Source: Macrostomum lignano (Eukaryota). Taken from it: a stretch of 64,000 nucleotides of DNA. The DNA is taken from contig NIVC01003692.1 in the NCBI GenBank assembly GCA_002269645.1, forward strand, positions 18,574 to 82,573, read 5' to 3'. Under the pieces are notes generated by a model. The model was not told where the DNA came from, searched no databases, and saw nothing but the letters and a program-made list of their open reading frames with translations. Shown in pieces: positions 63,356-64,000 of the stretch. The position numbers were made by a program, and so were the translations under genes. The stretch's first letter is position 1; every line of letters begins with the position of its first letter.

Positions 63356-63812
63356 AACTGGAAAACAAATTATCAAAACACAGTTTTAGAGTGATTTTTG
63401 ATTTTCTATATTTACTATGAGTTTTAGGCTTCATTTTCATTATTTTCAAATTAAACGCAATTAGTGAAAAATATGGACTGGCTATTTGTTTTTCGGCTTA
63501 ATTTTTCGCTAATTCTAATCCATCGTTCTTTGAATGCCACTGCCATTCACAAAGTTAGTTTATTTATACAAATAGAGAGGCATGGACATTACGCTGTTAA
63601 TAAATCAATCATGCTATTAAATAATTTTTTTCTGCCTGTGTTTATGCGAGTTCCTTATTTTTCGCTATATTCTAACAAAGGTCAAGCAGAATTTTTTGAC
63701 TATTATATTAATGCATTATGTTGAAAATCGAATGATGACTGCGCTATAAGGCAGCGCCAGGAAGTCAGAGAGTTGAATTCCCTGGCCACAAAACTAGTTA
63801 AACGGAAGCACA

Positions 63813-64000
63813 AGCTGTCAGTTCTGTAGGAGCAGACTGTGCATCAGCACCCACACCAGCTGTCAGTTCTGTAGGAGCAGACTGTACATCAGCACCCACA
63901 CCAGCTGTCAGTTCTGTAGGAGCAGACTGTGCATCAGCACCCACACCAGCTGTTAGTCTGTAGGAGCAGACTGTGCATCAGCACCCACACCAGCTGTCAG
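63813..64000. repeat. 45-bp tandem repeat running off the window end
   Basis: Unit GCTGTCAGTTCTGTAGGAGCAGACTGTGCATCAGCACCCACACCA. Confidence 0.92.

Overview
Eukaryotic (invertebrate animal) genomic DNA. GC-rich exons, AT-rich intergenic DNA and introns packed with micro- and minisatellites resemble flatworm (Macrostomum-like) assemblies; the taxon is an inference. Five intron-containing host genes can be assembled by hand with consistent splice phases: an Nck/Dock-like adaptor (- strand), ChaC/CHAC2 (+), an ORD-only OSBP-related protein (+), G-alpha-o (+) and PTGR3/ZADH2 with a PTS1 signal (+). The window carries many DNA transposons. The main one is a complete 8.7 kb CMC/EnSpm (CACTA-type) element in an Nck intron. 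It has an intact 798-aa transposase, a second five-exon 390-aa accessory gene with a possible BEN-like domain that the ORF track does not assemble, and a nested mariner. Also present: a 1.9 kb foldback element with a 9-bp TSD, a 3.3 kb hAT element with a 5-bp TSD, a non-autonomous hAT, a Crypton-like (tyrosine recombinase) relic, a solo LTR and a 5'-inverted RTE-like LINE fragment. A 7.6 kb G-quadruplex-prone 18-bp array has a 1459-bp higher-order repeat. Most entries in the ORF track are artefacts of tandem repeats.
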